Assembly: GCA_963668695.2 (NCBI GenBank)
Contig: CAXXLQ010000004.1
Coordinates: 3,328,001 to 3,392,000 of the forward strand
Length of the DNA stretch: 64,000 nt
DNA from: Vicinamibacteria bacterium
GTDB lineage: Bacteria; Acidobacteriota; Vicinamibacteria; Marinacidobacterales; Marinacidobacteraceae
Direction of reading: 5' to 3'
Shown here: in pieces, positions 1 to 10,501 of the stretch
Numbering within the stretch: the first letter of the stretch is position 1
How the letters are laid out: each line of letters opens with the position of its first letter
The notes under the pieces: model-generated
What the model saw: only the letters and a program-made list of their open reading frames with translations
Told to the model about the DNA's origin: nothing
Databases searched by the model: none
Translations under genes and position numbers: made by a program

Positions 1-724
1 GATCACCGAGGCGGCGCTCGCACCCGGCCACTACGCCGGTTTTGTCGAACTGCACATCGAGCAGGGCCCCACCCTCGCCACCGAGGGGATCGAGATCGGG
101 GTGGTCCAGGGCATCGTCGGCATCCGCCGCTTCCGCGTCCGGGTGTCCGGATTTGCGAACCACGCGGGCACCACCGCCATGGGCATCCGCAGGGACGCGC
201 TCGTCACCGCCGGCCGCTTCCTGGTGTCGGTCCACGAGGAGACCCAGTCCTGGCCGGGGCGTCAGGTCGCGACGGTGGGGCGGATCGAGGCCCGTCCCGG
301 CGCCCCGAACGTCATTCCCGGGGAAGTCGAGCTGAGCCTCGAGATCCGGGACCTCCGGATGGAGACGATCGAGGCGCTCTACCAGCGCTTCCAGGAACTC
401 GGCAACGAACTGGCGGCGCGGAACCAGACGAGCATCGCCTTCGAGCCCTACTACCTGAGCCGGGCGGCGCCCTGCGATCCGGCCTTCATGGACGTCGTCG
501 AGGCATCCGCAGAGAGTCTCGGATTCTCACGCCTTCGCCTGCCCTCCGGCGCGGGGCACGACGCCCAATCCATCGCCGTACTCGCGCCCATCGGCATGAT
601 CTTCGTCCCGAGCCGCGACGGAATCAGTCATTCCCCCCGTGAGTTCACGAGCGTCGCCGACATCACGAATGGCGCGCGGGTCCTGATCGAGTCGCTCCGC
701 CGGCTGGACAGAGTGCTGGACTAG
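1..724 (+). CDS. M20 Zn-dependent amidohydrolase (allantoate amidohydrolase / N-carbamoyl-L-amino-acid hydrolase family), 5' truncated by window edge
   Basis: Motifs FVELHIEQGP, GFANHAGTT, PGAPNVIPG, SGAGHDAQ, GISHSPREF; frame open from window start. Confidence 0.9.
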   Translation, partial: ITEAALAPGHYAGFVELHIEQGPTLATEGIEIGVVQGIVGIRRFRVRVSGFANHAGTTAMGIRRDALVTAGRFLVSVHEETQSWPGRQVATVGRIEARPGAPNVIPGEVELSLEIRDLRMETIEALYQRFQELGNELAARNQTSIAFEPYYLSRAAPCDPAFMDVVEASAESLGFSRLRLPSGAGHDAQSIAVLAPIGMIFVPSRDGISHSPREFTSVADITNGARVLIESLRRLDRVLD

Positions 725-941
725 CAGCCTGTGGTGAAACCCACGCGGCGTTCGAGCGGCGATCCATCCCGCCTGAACCGCCCCCCCACCGGGAGAACTG
801 GCGCTTTGCGGCGCTCTGCGTTGCGTTTCGGTCGAAATACACTCGGTATTCCTCCCTCACGCGCCTTGTCAGCCGGGCGCCTCGCCCCCACCGGGAGAAC
901 TGGCCGCTCTCGGCGCTCACCCGGGTTCCACCACAGGCTGC
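724..941 (+). mobile_element. MITE family A, single head+body copy (218 bp)
   Basis: TIRs gcagcctgtggtgaaaccc / gggttccaccacaggctgc, TA on both sides; carries two tag copies. Confidence 0.85.
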
Positions 942-967
942 TAGGGAACGCCGGTGTTCACACCGGC

Positions 968-1792
968 TTAGCGGTCGTCCACCGGGATGACGGTCTCGCT
1001 GTCGGCATACCCGACGATTCCGGCGGCAATCACCCGCCGGAAGCCATCCTGGGAGGCGGAGTTCTCGTCATCCAGCTCCAGATAGAAGCCCTCCGGAAGG
1101 GCCGCAAGCTGCGGGAAGGAATGTCCGGGGCCGCTCCGAAGCGCGGCGCCGGGTTGCACCACCACCGCGACCGGTGGAGCGGTGACCCGGAGCCGCAGCA
1201 GCGCGCCCGACGCGGCCGCCGCCAACATCACCAGCCCGAGGCCCGCCACCACCAGGCGCCGCCGGCCGCGGCCAAGCATCAGGAGGGTCCAGAGCGCGCC
1301 CGCGAGGAGGGCGGACGCGCTGAGCACCCACGCGATGCGGTCCGGGGAGCTGCGGCGCAGCCAGGCCCCGAAGCCCTGCATCGAGCGGAGCAGCTCGAGC
1401 GAGAAGGTGTCCGAAGCTCCCGAAGCCGCGGCTTCGGTCAGCCGCCGATCGAGCAATTCATGGGCGAGCCCGAGGTTCGCCCGGGCGTCATCGTCGCCGG
1501 GGTGGAGGGCGAGCGACCGCTCCCAGTGGAGCATCGCGTAGCCGAGCCGGCCGGCCCGGTATTCGGCGTTTCCGAGGTTGTAGTGGAGCGCCGCCCGATC
1601 GACCCCCTCGTCGGCCTCTTGCAGCAGGCGGCGATACAGAACTCCTGCGGCCTCGTAGTCCCCCTCGTCATAGCTCCGGGCGGCGGCCGCCGCGTCCACC
1701 CCCGGACTCTCCTGAGCGCGGGCGATCCCCGGCTGGAAGCATCCCAGACCAACCGCCACCAGGAGCCAGCCCGGCACGAGCAGGCGCTTCAT
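968..1792 (-). CDS. batE: BatE-like TPR protein
   Basis: Signal peptide, TPR (LHYNLGNAEYRAGRLGYAMLHWERSL), TM pair, SH3b-like LRSGPG tail; last gene of the Bat operon. Confidence 0.8.
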   Translation of the reverse strand: MKRLLVPGWLLVAVGLGCFQPGIARAQESPGVDAAAAARSYDEGDYEAAGVLYRRLLQEADEGVDRAALHYNLGNAEYRAGRLGYAMLHWERSLALHPGDDDARANLGLAHELLDRRLTEAAASGASDTFSLELLRSMQGFGAWLRRSSPDRIAWVLSASALLAGALWTLLMLGRGRRRLVVAGLGLVMLAAAASGALLRLRVTAPPVAVVVQPGAALRSGPGHSFPQLAALPEGFYLELDDENSASQDGFRRVIAAGIVGYADSETVIPVDDR

Positions 1793-3714
1793 CCGGCTTC
1801 CCCGCCCCGCCCGAGCTGATCTTCGAGCTGGCGTATGAGTTCGGTTGCCTCGGTCGCATCGGAGTGCGCCGCATCGCCACCCCCGGGAGCGGCGAAGCGC
1901 GCACCCTCCGAGCGGGAGAGCAGCGCCCGGAAGCGGCGTGCCGCCTCGGGTTCCGCGCCCGCCGCCACGAGACGGCGGGCCGCCCCCTCGGGAGTAAAGC
2001 CGTGGCGGGAACCTCCGAGCCGCGCCGCCGCGTATTCGGTGAGGGCTTCGCCCACCCGGGCGGCGGCCTCGGGCCCGCTGCCGCCGACCCGCGCGAGCGC
2101 CCGCTGCGCGTTACGCGCCGCTCCCCGGCGGCGGTACTCGGCCGGATTCGCATCCCGCCAGGCGCGGCGGCGCCGGGCGGCGAACAGCCCGAGATTCCAG
2201 AGCACCGGCAGGCCGAGGCTCAGGAGGAAGAAGGTCCCGGGCCGCCAGGGGCCGGCCGGGCGGCCCGCTCCCTGCCCGACGGGCTTCAGGTAGCGGATGT
2301 CCTCCGCGAGACGCTCGACCGCAACCGGCCCGTCAACTCCGGGGGCGGTCGCGGTGGACCCCTCGATCCGGATCTGGAGGGGGTCGGACGCCAGCCGTTC
2401 GTAGGCGCCGGTCCGCGGATTGAACACGTCGAGCGTGACCGCACCGATGTTCCGCACGCCCCCCGCTTCGGGCACCAGCGGGAATTCCCAGATCTGGCGG
2501 CCGCCGAACGTAATCCCTTCCCCCTCGTCCCGGAGGCCGGTCTCCGCGGAGGTATCCGGATCGAAGAACCGGAAGGCCCTGCGGACCTCCGGACTCTCGG
2601 GGAGCGCCGGAACCCCTGCCGCCCGCAGATTGCCGCTGCCCTCGAGTTCGACCCGCAGGACCAGCGGCTCGCCGGCCACCGCCACCTGGTCGCCGAGCGG
2701 AGCGTCGTCGCGCGTGATCTCCGCGCTCAGCCGGTAGTCCCCCACGGCGCCGGTGAATCCGGGAGGCCGCCCCGCCTCGGGGAGGGGCTCCGCCCGAATC
2801 GTGACGGGGGGCGCTTCCCGCACCACCACCGCCTGCTCTGGTCCGAAGAAGGACCGCCGCCGCCGTTCGCCCTGGATCCCGATTTCGAAAAGCGGGCCGG
2901 CGAGCTGGCGTTCGCCCGCGCCGGTAGGAAAAACCGCCCGCATCAGCAGCGGGTAGGTCTCGTACTCCACCCCGTTCAGGGCGCGGCGTTCGCGGCGGGG
3001 TCCCGGGCGGCTCCGGCGCTCCCGTATTTCGTTGCCGCTCAGGCCGCGCTCCTGCCAGGGGACGTCGGGAAGTTCCACCTCCTCGGTCCAAAAACCCTCC
3101 GGCTGCGCCAGCTCGACCGGGCCCGCCGCGTACACCGGGAGCCGCGACCAGAGCCGGTAGAGCACGAGCACCTGCTCGCCCACCTGGACCTCGGCGCCCG
3201 GCGCTTCCGCCCGAATGAAGATGTCCTCCTCCCGAACCTCCGGGCCCCTCTGCTCCCGGCGCCGCCGGTTGAACGGATCCATCCGGCCGAACGGCGAAGA
3301 AAACGGCGACGAAAAGGGTGATGCAAACGGATCGGGGGAGCGGGGACGGACGCTTCCCTGTTCGACGCGCACCGGGATCGGAGAAGCGGGCGCGTAGCCG
3401 GGAACCGCAATCTCCGGAATCACCAGTTCCCCGACCGTGAGCGGCCGAAGCCGATAGACCCACTCGATCGCGCGGGTCATCTGCATGTTGACGATCTGTG
3501 TCTTCGAGATCCGCTGGCTGCTGAGCACCTCGAAGCCGGCGAGGTCGGGGATCACCGGCTCACCTCCGCGCTCCTCGGGCACGGACACCGTCAGCGCCAA
3601 CGTGTCTTCGATCCCGATGTGGTCGGCGTCCACGCTCGCCTCGGCAGCCTCCTGGCCGTGGACCGGTGCGACGAAGAAAACCGTGAACAGCGCGGCCACC
3701 AGCAGCCGTTTCAT
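1789..3714 (-). CDS. batD: BatD family protein
   Basis: ATG at 3714 overlaps batC stop; signal peptide MKRLLVAALFTVFF, GFWTEE, GFTGAVGDY, GSGNL, C-terminal TM. Confidence 0.85.
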   Translation of the reverse strand: MKRLLVAALFTVFFVAPVHGQEAAEASVDADHIGIEDTLALTVSVPEERGGEPVIPDLAGFEVLSSQRISKTQIVNMQMTRAIEWVYRLRPLTVGELVIPEIAVPGYAPASPIPVRVEQGSVRPRSPDPFASPFSSPFSSPFGRMDPFNRRRREQRGPEVREEDIFIRAEAPGAEVQVGEQVLVLYRLWSRLPVYAAGPVELAQPEGFWTEEVELPDVPWQERGLSGNEIRERRSRPGPRRERRALNGVEYETYPLLMRAVFPTGAGERQLAGPLFEIGIQGERRRRSFFGPEQAVVVREAPPVTIRAEPLPEAGRPPGFTGAVGDYRLSAEITRDDAPLGDQVAVAGEPLVLRVELEGSGNLRAAGVPALPESPEVRRAFRFFDPDTSAETGLRDEGEGITFGGRQIWEFPLVPEAGGVRNIGAVTLDVFNPRTGAYERLASDPLQIRIEGSTATAPGVDGPVAVERLAEDIRYLKPVGQGAGRPAGPWRPGTFFLLSLGLPVLWNLGLFAARRRRAWRDANPAEYRRRGAARNAQRALARVGGSGPEAAARVGEALTEYAAARLGGSRHGFTPEGAARRLVAAGAEPEAARRFRALLSRSEGARFAAPGGGDAAHSDATEATELIRQLEDQLGRGGEAG

Positions 3715-4598
3715 CAGTGGCGACCCCTCCGAAGCGCGCGAGCCCGGCGTTTTTCGAGACGGTCCTCCTGGAAGGCCCGCTCGACGTCGGCGAGCGCGGC
3801 GAGGATCCGCTCGGCCTGCTCGGGGCTGATTTCGGGAACCTCGCCGGGCAGGGAGTCCGGAGTGTCCGCGCCCGGCCCCGCATCCTGGGGCGGATTGCCG
3901 CTCGGGTCGTCGGCGGGCGGCTGATCCTGCCCTTCCCGAGGTTCTTGGGGAGGAGACTGCCGCCCCTCCCCGGAGTCCTGGTCCGGATCGCCGGAAGACG
4001 GCGAGTCCTGCGGCTGCTGTCCCCGATTCTGGTCCTGCTGATCCTGCTCCTGTTGCTCCTGGTCCTGTTGGTCCTGCTCCTGTTGCTCCTGGTTCTGCTG
4101 GTCCCCGCCCTGCCCCCCGTCCTGCTGTTCGTCCTGCTGTTCTTGGTCGTCGGCCGCCTGGAGCGCCCTCTCCAGATTCTGGCGCGCTTCGCGGTCGTCC
4201 GGATCCAGAGCGATGGCCTCCCCGTAAGCGGCCGCCGCTTCCCGAAACGCGCCGGCGCGGAAGAGGGTGTTCGCCAGGTTGTAGAAAGCGTCGCGCCGGA
4301 CCTCTCCGTCCGCGCCGCCCCCGAGCGCCGCCTGATAACCGCGCAGCGCTTCGGCGAGCGGGCCCTCTTCGCCGCCGGACGCCGGACCACCCTCCGCCTC
4401 TCCCAGGCGGTAGTGGACCCCGGCGATGTTGAGATCGTTCTCGGGGGCGTCCGGAAAGGCGCCCTCGGCCCGCGAAAAGGCCCGGAGCGCCTCCTCCAGC
4501 CGGCCCGCTTCGAAGTGTTCCGCTCCTTCCCGGGTGTTCTTTTCGCCGCCGCCGAACAACTGCATGGCCATCAGCAGCACGAACGCGGTGCGGATCAC
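3714..4598 (-). CDS. batC: BatC-like TPR protein with Q/D-rich linker
   Basis: TPR (AFYNLANTLFRAG...ARQNLERA), Gln-rich tract, EQAERILAAL tail. Confidence 0.8.
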   Translation of the reverse strand: MIRTAFVLLMAMQLFGGGEKNTREGAEHFEAGRLEEALRAFSRAEGAFPDAPENDLNIAGVHYRLGEAEGGPASGGEEGPLAEALRGYQAALGGGADGEVRRDAFYNLANTLFRAGAFREAAAAYGEAIALDPDDREARQNLERALQAADDQEQQDEQQDGGQGGDQQNQEQQEQDQQDQEQQEQDQQDQNRGQQPQDSPSSGDPDQDSGEGRQSPPQEPREGQDQPPADDPSGNPPQDAGPGADTPDSLPGEVPEISPEQAERILAALADVERAFQEDRLEKRRARALRRGRH

Positions 4599-5626
4599 GA
4601 GACCCCTCCTTGACCTGCCAGCCGACGGCGGCGCCGGCGGGACGGGGCGGCGAACGCGGCCCCGGCGATGGCACAGACCGCCAGTCCGGCCGGGATCCAG
4701 AACCGCTCACGGTAGCGCCGGGAGATCTGCGCCCCGAGTTCCCCGCCTTCGATCCCGGCGATCCGGGCCGTGAGTCCCTCGATCTCCCGGTCGTCGGGGG
4801 AGATCTCGAAGAAAACTCCCTCCGTGAGCGCGGCCAGTTCGGAGAGCGCCGCCCGGTCCAACCGGCTCACGATGGGAGAGCCGGCGGCGTCGCGCATCAG
4901 GGTCGGGCCCGACTCGGAGGCCGCCGGAATGGTGGCGCCGCCGGGCGTCCCCACTCCGACGGAAAGCACCGCGATGTCGTGCTCGTTCGCGATCCGGGCC
5001 ACCTCGGAGATCTCGGTGACCCGCAGGTCGTCCTGCTGCCCGTCGGTGAGCAGCACCACCACCCGGTGCCGGCTTTCCTGCCGCTCGAAGGCCCGCGCCG
5101 CCTCCTCGATCATCGCCGCCAGGTTCGTTCCGGGGCTTTCCACCGCGCCGGTGGCGATCCCGGAAAGCAGGGTCCGGACCGCGCCGAGGTCATGGGTGAG
5201 CGGGCACTGGGTAAACGCCGTCCCGGAAAACGCCACGATTCCCACCCGGTTCCCGACCATCCGGTCGAGCAGCTCCCCCGCGATGTAGCGGGCGCGCTCC
5301 ATACGCGAAGGCGCCACGTCGCGGGCGTCCATGCTGAAGGAAGTGTCCATCGCCAGCACGACGTCCACCCCCACGAGCGTCACTTCCTGCTCCTGCCTCC
5401 CCCACTGGGGACGGGCGGCAGCCGTCGCCAGCAGCAAGACCGCGCCCAGCAACAGGAAATCGCGGAACCGGCGCCGCGTCCGGCTGTCCCCCTCGATGAG
5501 CGCCGGAGTCCGGGTTCCGAAACGGTCCAGAACCGCCCGGCCGCGGCGTGCGGCCCAGAAGACGAGCGCCGCCCCCGCCGGGAAGAGGAGCAGCAGAAAC
5601 AGCGCCGCTGGCGCCCCGAAACGCAT
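4595..5626 (-). CDS. batB: BatB VWA-domain protein
   Basis: ARPQWG, MIDAS DTSFSM, DVAPSRM, CPLTHD, LLTDG, VGVGTPGG. Confidence 0.85.
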   Translation of the reverse strand: MRFGAPAALFLLLLFPAGAALVFWAARRGRAVLDRFGTRTPALIEGDSRTRRRFRDFLLLGAVLLLATAAARPQWGRQEQEVTLVGVDVVLAMDTSFSMDARDVAPSRMERARYIAGELLDRMVGNRVGIVAFSGTAFTQCPLTHDLGAVRTLLSGIATGAVESPGTNLAAMIEEAARAFERQESRHRVVVLLTDGQQDDLRVTEISEVARIANEHDIAVLSVGVGTPGGATIPAASESGPTLMRDAAGSPIVSRLDRAALSELAALTEGVFFEISPDDREIEGLTARIAGIEGGELGAQISRRYRERFWIPAGLAVCAIAGAAFAAPSRRRRRRLAGQGGVS

Positions 5627-5683
5627 CTCAGCGAACCCCCTCCAGCAGGTGTGTTCCAGGGAGCGGGGTGCGTCCGGACACAG

Positions 5684-6661
5684 TCATGGCGCGGTCCGCA
5701 ACACGGTGGCGCCGAGCGCGAGCCCGGAAAACAGGAGCATCGCCGCCCAACCGGCGAGGAGGGGTCCGTCGTCCGACCAGCTCGTCCAGGTCGGCGCCTG
5801 GATTTCGGTCCGTTCGAGCGCGTCGATCTCTTCGTAGACCGCCCTGAGGCCCTCGCTGTCGCGGGCCCGGAAATACCGGCCGCCGGTCGCGTCCGCGACC
5901 TTCGTGAGCATCTCTTCGTCGATCCCCGGCGCCCGCCGGACATCGAGCGACCCGTCGGGACGCCGCGTGACCATCTGCCCGCCCTGCTGGCTCCCGGCGC
6001 CCACCGTATAGACCCGGATCCCCCGGGTCTTGGCCAGCCCGGCGGCGGTGAGCGGATGGATCTCTCCGGCGTTCGAGACGCCGTCGGTGAGCAGGACGAT
6101 CACCCGGCTCTCGGCCTCCGAATCCACCAGCCGGTTCACCGAGGCGGCGATGGCGTTGCCGATCGCCGTGCCGTCGGGAATGTCCCCGATGTTCACCTCC
6201 CGCAGCCTCTCCGTCAGGACGCCGTGATCCAGGGTCAGCGGGCTCAGCGTCACCGCATTCCGCGCGAACGCCACGGCCCCCAGGCGGTCGTCCGTCCTCC
6301 GGTCGATGAAATCCTCGAGCACCTCCTTGGCCGCGGTAAGGCGGTTGGCGGGGGCGAAGTCCTCGGCCCGCATGCTCGAGGAAATGTCCAGCGCGAGCAC
6401 GATGTCCACTCCGAGGCTGGTGCCCGTCTCCTCGGTGATCCCGGTCTGGGGGCGGGCGAGCGCGACCGCGGCGAGAGCCAGCGAGGCGAGCACGAGCGCC
6501 CCGGGCAGGAACGCCAGTCGCGAACGAAGCGACCGGGGCAGTTCCCGGAGCCCGGCGGCTTCCGGGAACCGGAGCGCCGGAGCGGCGAACCGCCGGGCAT
6601 GCACGACGAAGAGCGGAATCAGGAGCAGAAGCAGGAGCGCCCCCGGCCACAGTAGCCGCAT
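5684..6661 (-). CDS. batA: BatA VWA-domain protein
   Basis: LARPQ, LDISSSMRAEDF, GTAIGNAI, LLTDGVSNAG, ATGGRYFRA, IDALE. Confidence 0.88.
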   Translation of the reverse strand: MRLLWPGALLLLLLIPLFVVHARRFAAPALRFPEAAGLRELPRSLRSRLAFLPGALVLASLALAAVALARPQTGITEETGTSLGVDIVLALDISSSMRAEDFAPANRLTAAKEVLEDFIDRRTDDRLGAVAFARNAVTLSPLTLDHGVLTERLREVNIGDIPDGTAIGNAIAASVNRLVDSEAESRVIVLLTDGVSNAGEIHPLTAAGLAKTRGIRVYTVGAGSQQGGQMVTRRPDGSLDVRRAPGIDEEMLTKVADATGGRYFRARDSEGLRAVYEEIDALERTEIQAPTWTSWSDDGPLLAGWAAMLLFSGLALGATVLRTAP

Positions 6662-7767
6662 TAGTGAGACTCCATCCGGGGAGACTCCATCCGGGGAGAC
6701 TCCATCCGGATGGTCGCATCCGGAGCGCCCCCGGCGGGCAGTGCGGGCGTTTCGGTTGGGCCCTCGCCCACCTCGCCTTCAGCGGTCAGGAAAGGCCGGG
6801 TCCGGTCCAGGAACATGCCGGCCTCCCGGAACCGCGCCGCCGCGGCAGCGGGTCGGAAGGACCGCTCGCTGAACTTGGCGAGATCGGCCTCGCTCAGAAT
6901 CGCCGCCAGCAGCGCCAGCGCCTCCCGGTGCTTCGGCTCGGCGCGGAGCCTCAGGTCTCGGAGGATCTCGCCGGTCGTCCGTTCGCTCCACGGGGTTTCA
7001 AACCGCCGGCCCGCGTACCGCTTCATGATCCCGGCGAGCCGGTCGTAGTAGGCCACCACCTCGCCCGCTTCGAGCAGTCCGGCGCGCGCCAGCCGAGCGA
7101 GGGCCGCTTCGGCCTCCGCTGCCGGCGGAGGAAGCGCCACGACCGGCGCGTCGCGGGCGCCCCGCCGGCGCCACCACCAGGCGGCGGCCCCCAGGACTGC
7201 GAGCAGCGCGATTGCCAGGAGGCCGATCTGCCCCCAGCGCGGAGGCAGGCTCAGATCGAAGGGCCCCCGGATGTCATGGATGTCTCCCCCGGCCTCCTCC
7301 GCGTCGGGAGGCAGCGACGAAACCACGCGCACCGGCGCCGGCGGCGTCTCGATGAGCGAAAGCTCGCCGTCCGCCGTCCGGATTCCAACGGGAACCCCGG
7401 GGATCTCATGGTCGCCGGGGAGCACGAACGCGCCGAGCTGGAGCCGGAACCGGCTCTCTCCCGGCCGGTCGTCGTCGCCTTCGAGCGGGGCCGCACCCAT
7501 CACCCGGAAGTCGCCGAGGCTTTCCTCGACCACCGGGGCAGCCTCCGCGCCTGCGAGATGCTCCACGACGATCTCCAACTCGAAGACCGAACCGACCTCA
7601 ACCGGCTCGGAGACCACTTCGGCCAGGGCGCGGGTTTCAGCGGACGGCGCCGGACCGGTCTGACCGGCCCCGCTCGCGTCGGGAGCGACCGCCGCCAGGC
7701 CCACGAGCGCCAGCGGAGCCAGACACGCGCCAAGGCCGAAGCCAACCGTCCCTCGCCCGGATGTCAT
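6661..7767 (-). CDS. Bat-operon membrane-anchored hypothetical protein
   Basis: Signal peptide, IHDIRGP before a TM, ADLAKF; lies between DUF58 and batA. Confidence 0.7.
   Translation of the reverse strand: MTSGRGTVGFGLGACLAPLALVGLAAVAPDASGAGQTGPAPSAETRALAEVVSEPVEVGSVFELEIVVEHLAGAEAAPVVEESLGDFRVMGAAPLEGDDDRPGESRFRLQLGAFVLPGDHEIPGVPVGIRTADGELSLIETPPAPVRVVSSLPPDAEEAGGDIHDIRGPFDLSLPPRWGQIGLLAIALLAVLGAAAWWWRRRGARDAPVVALPPPAAEAEAALARLARAGLLEAGEVVAYYDRLAGIMKRYAGRRFETPWSERTTGEILRDLRLRAEPKHREALALLAAILSEADLAKFSERSFRPAAAAARFREAGMFLDRTRPFLTAEGEVGEGPTETPALPAGGAPDATIRMESPRMESPRMESH
6666..6710. repeat. 15-bp tandem repeat x3 (gagactccatccggg)
   Basis: Read directly; encodes the MESPR-like C-terminal repeats and abuts the batA start. 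Confidence 0.9.
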
Positions 7768-8786
7768 CGCCGCCGCCTCTCCCGCATGCGGAAGAACTTC
7801 CGGAGCGGGGCGTCGTAGGGTTCCCCCGCCGTCACCTCGACCACGTCCACCCCGGTCTCGCGAAGCGCCCGGGAGGCAGCCGCGTGGGTCCGATGCGCAA
7901 GCTCGCGGTAGGCCTCACGGACCTGGCGGTCCGAGGTGTCGAGCCTTACGAGAGTTCCGGACTCCGCATCCTCCAGTTCCAGGAGGCCGACGTCCGGCAT
8001 CTCGTGTTCCCTCGCATCCGTGACCCGGACGGCGATCAGGTCGTGTCGCCGCGCGGCCACGCGGAGTGGAGGCAGCCAGCGCTCGGGAGGGTCTCCGCGG
8101 AAATCGCTGACCAGAAAGACCGTGGCCCGCCGGCGGACCGCCCGGTTCAGCAGGCCGAGGGCTTCGGCGATGTCGGTCCCGGCGCCCTCGGGCTCGAAGT
8201 AGAGCAGGTCGCGAAGTACCCGAAGCCCATGCCGGCGCCCCTTCCGAGCCGGGAGCCGGATCTCGGCGCGGTCGGTGAAGAGCAGCGCTCCCACCCGGTC
8301 CCCGGAACGGATCGCCGAGAAGGCGAGGGCGGCCGAGGCCTCGGCGGCGGTCGAGCGCTTGAAGTCACGGCGGCTGCCGAAGGCAAACGAGCGTGAGACG
8401 TCGAGCAGGAACAGCACCGTCTGCTCGCGTTCTTCGACGAACTTCTTGACGTGGAGGTCCCCGGTTCTCGATGTCACGTTCCAGTCCACCGACCGGATGT
8501 CGTCGCCCGGGGCGTACTCGCGCACCTCGGAGAACTCCATTCCCTGCCCCTTGAAGGTGCTGAGATAGGCGCCCGCCAGCGCCTCGGTCACGAGTTTCCG
8601 GGTGCGGATCTCGATGTGCCGCACCCTGGCGAGAAGCTCGGCGGTGGACACCGGCGCGGACCGCCGTTCCTCCTTCTCGCGTTCCTCCTTCTCGGGCGGG
8701 TTTCGCCAGGGCGCGCGCAGCGAACTCCAAAACCCGCCGCGCAGCCTTTCGCGCCGATCTTCGGTGGTGGTTCCGGAGCGGGGCAC
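7764..8786 (-). CDS. DUF58 family protein (start uncertain)
   Basis: FKGQGMEFSEVREYAPGDDIRSVDWNVT, VKKFVEERE; follows MoxR. Confidence 0.9.
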   Translation of the reverse strand: MPRSGTTTEDRRERLRGGFWSSLRAPWRNPPEKEEREKEERRSAPVSTAELLARVRHIEIRTRKLVTEALAGAYLSTFKGQGMEFSEVREYAPGDDIRSVDWNVTSRTGDLHVKKFVEEREQTVLFLLDVSRSFAFGSRRDFKRSTAAEASAALAFSAIRSGDRVGALLFTDRAEIRLPARKGRRHGLRVLRDLLYFEPEGAGTDIAEALGLLNRAVRRRATVFLVSDFRGDPPERWLPPLRVAARRHDLIAVRVTDAREHEMPDVGLLELEDAESGTLVRLDTSDRQVREAYRELAHRTHAAASRALRETGVDVVEVTAGEPYDAPLRKFFRMRERRRR

Positions 8787-8827
8787 GGCGAGATGGGAAA
8801 CGGGAAGGATCTGGAGAGGATCGGTCC

Positions 8828-9823
<996 letters not shown>

Positions 9824-9878
9824 GTGAATTGAAACTCCCGGAACTACTTGACCGTTCCCGGGAATTCTAGGCCGTGCC

Positions 9879-10105
9879 GGGAACGCCGGGATTCAGGAGC
9901 GCCGGCCTTCAGACCGGCATCGCGGCCAAGGCCGCGAAACTCCCATCGCCAACCGCAAAGAAGCGCGGGGACGGCTGGGAGCGCCGGCCTTCAGACCGGC
10001 ATCGCGGCCACAGGCCGCGAAACTCCCATCGCCAACCGCAAAGAAGCGCGCGACAGCGGGCCCCCACCGGGAGAACTGGCCACCGGCCTCCGGCCGGCAT
10101 CGCGC
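9879..10105. repeat. REP-like family B cluster (ggagcgccggccttcagaccggc..., about 82-bp unit x2 plus partial)
   Basis: Direct duplication 9896-9968 / 9978-10050; homologous to 40933-41062 and 57838-57990; third palindrome carries a tag. Confidence 0.7.
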
Positions 10106-10109
10106 GAGA

Positions 10110-10280
10110 GCGCGAAACCAGCGCCGATGACGCTCCGCCATGCCAGCGTGAGGCCCGCACCACCTTCCCATCCCGGAGGGCGCGACCGCTCGCTCTCCCG
10201 CTACCCGGGCCGTGCCTTTTTCATGACGGGCGAGGGGGTGCAGGAGGATCCGATCATGAGGGTTTCTCCCGGTGGAGCCC
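10110..10280. repeat. Dispersed element D (TCATGA-containing), copy 1
   Basis: Homologous to 35521-35636. Confidence 0.65.
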
Positions 10281-10501
10281 TTCAGACCGGCACGCCCGGC
10301 ACGCGGGGCCCGGAGGGCCGCGACAACCGCGCACCGCGGATCATCCTGAAGCGCGCAGGAAGGCAGGAACCGCGGCGAACCAATCCACGGTGCGCACTCT
10401 GGAACCGGCGCGCCGCGAACGCCCTGACGTTCGCGCTCAAAGTCGGGACTTCGCTAAAATCAACGCTTCCAGACGCCAATCGCGCTGCCACGGAGGGTTC
10501 C

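Noticed and set aside
4020-4150. Low-complexity ctgctc/ctggtc repeats
   Set aside because: Ordinary Gln/Asp-rich BatC linker
3715-4710. N-terminal 331 aa of the 973-aa ORF 1789..4710
   Set aside because: Shadow frame over batC/batB; BatD starts at 3714 with a signal peptide
9848-10501. N-terminal extension of ORF 9848..12124
   Set aside because: Runs through repeats; RBS and signal peptide point to ATG 10502
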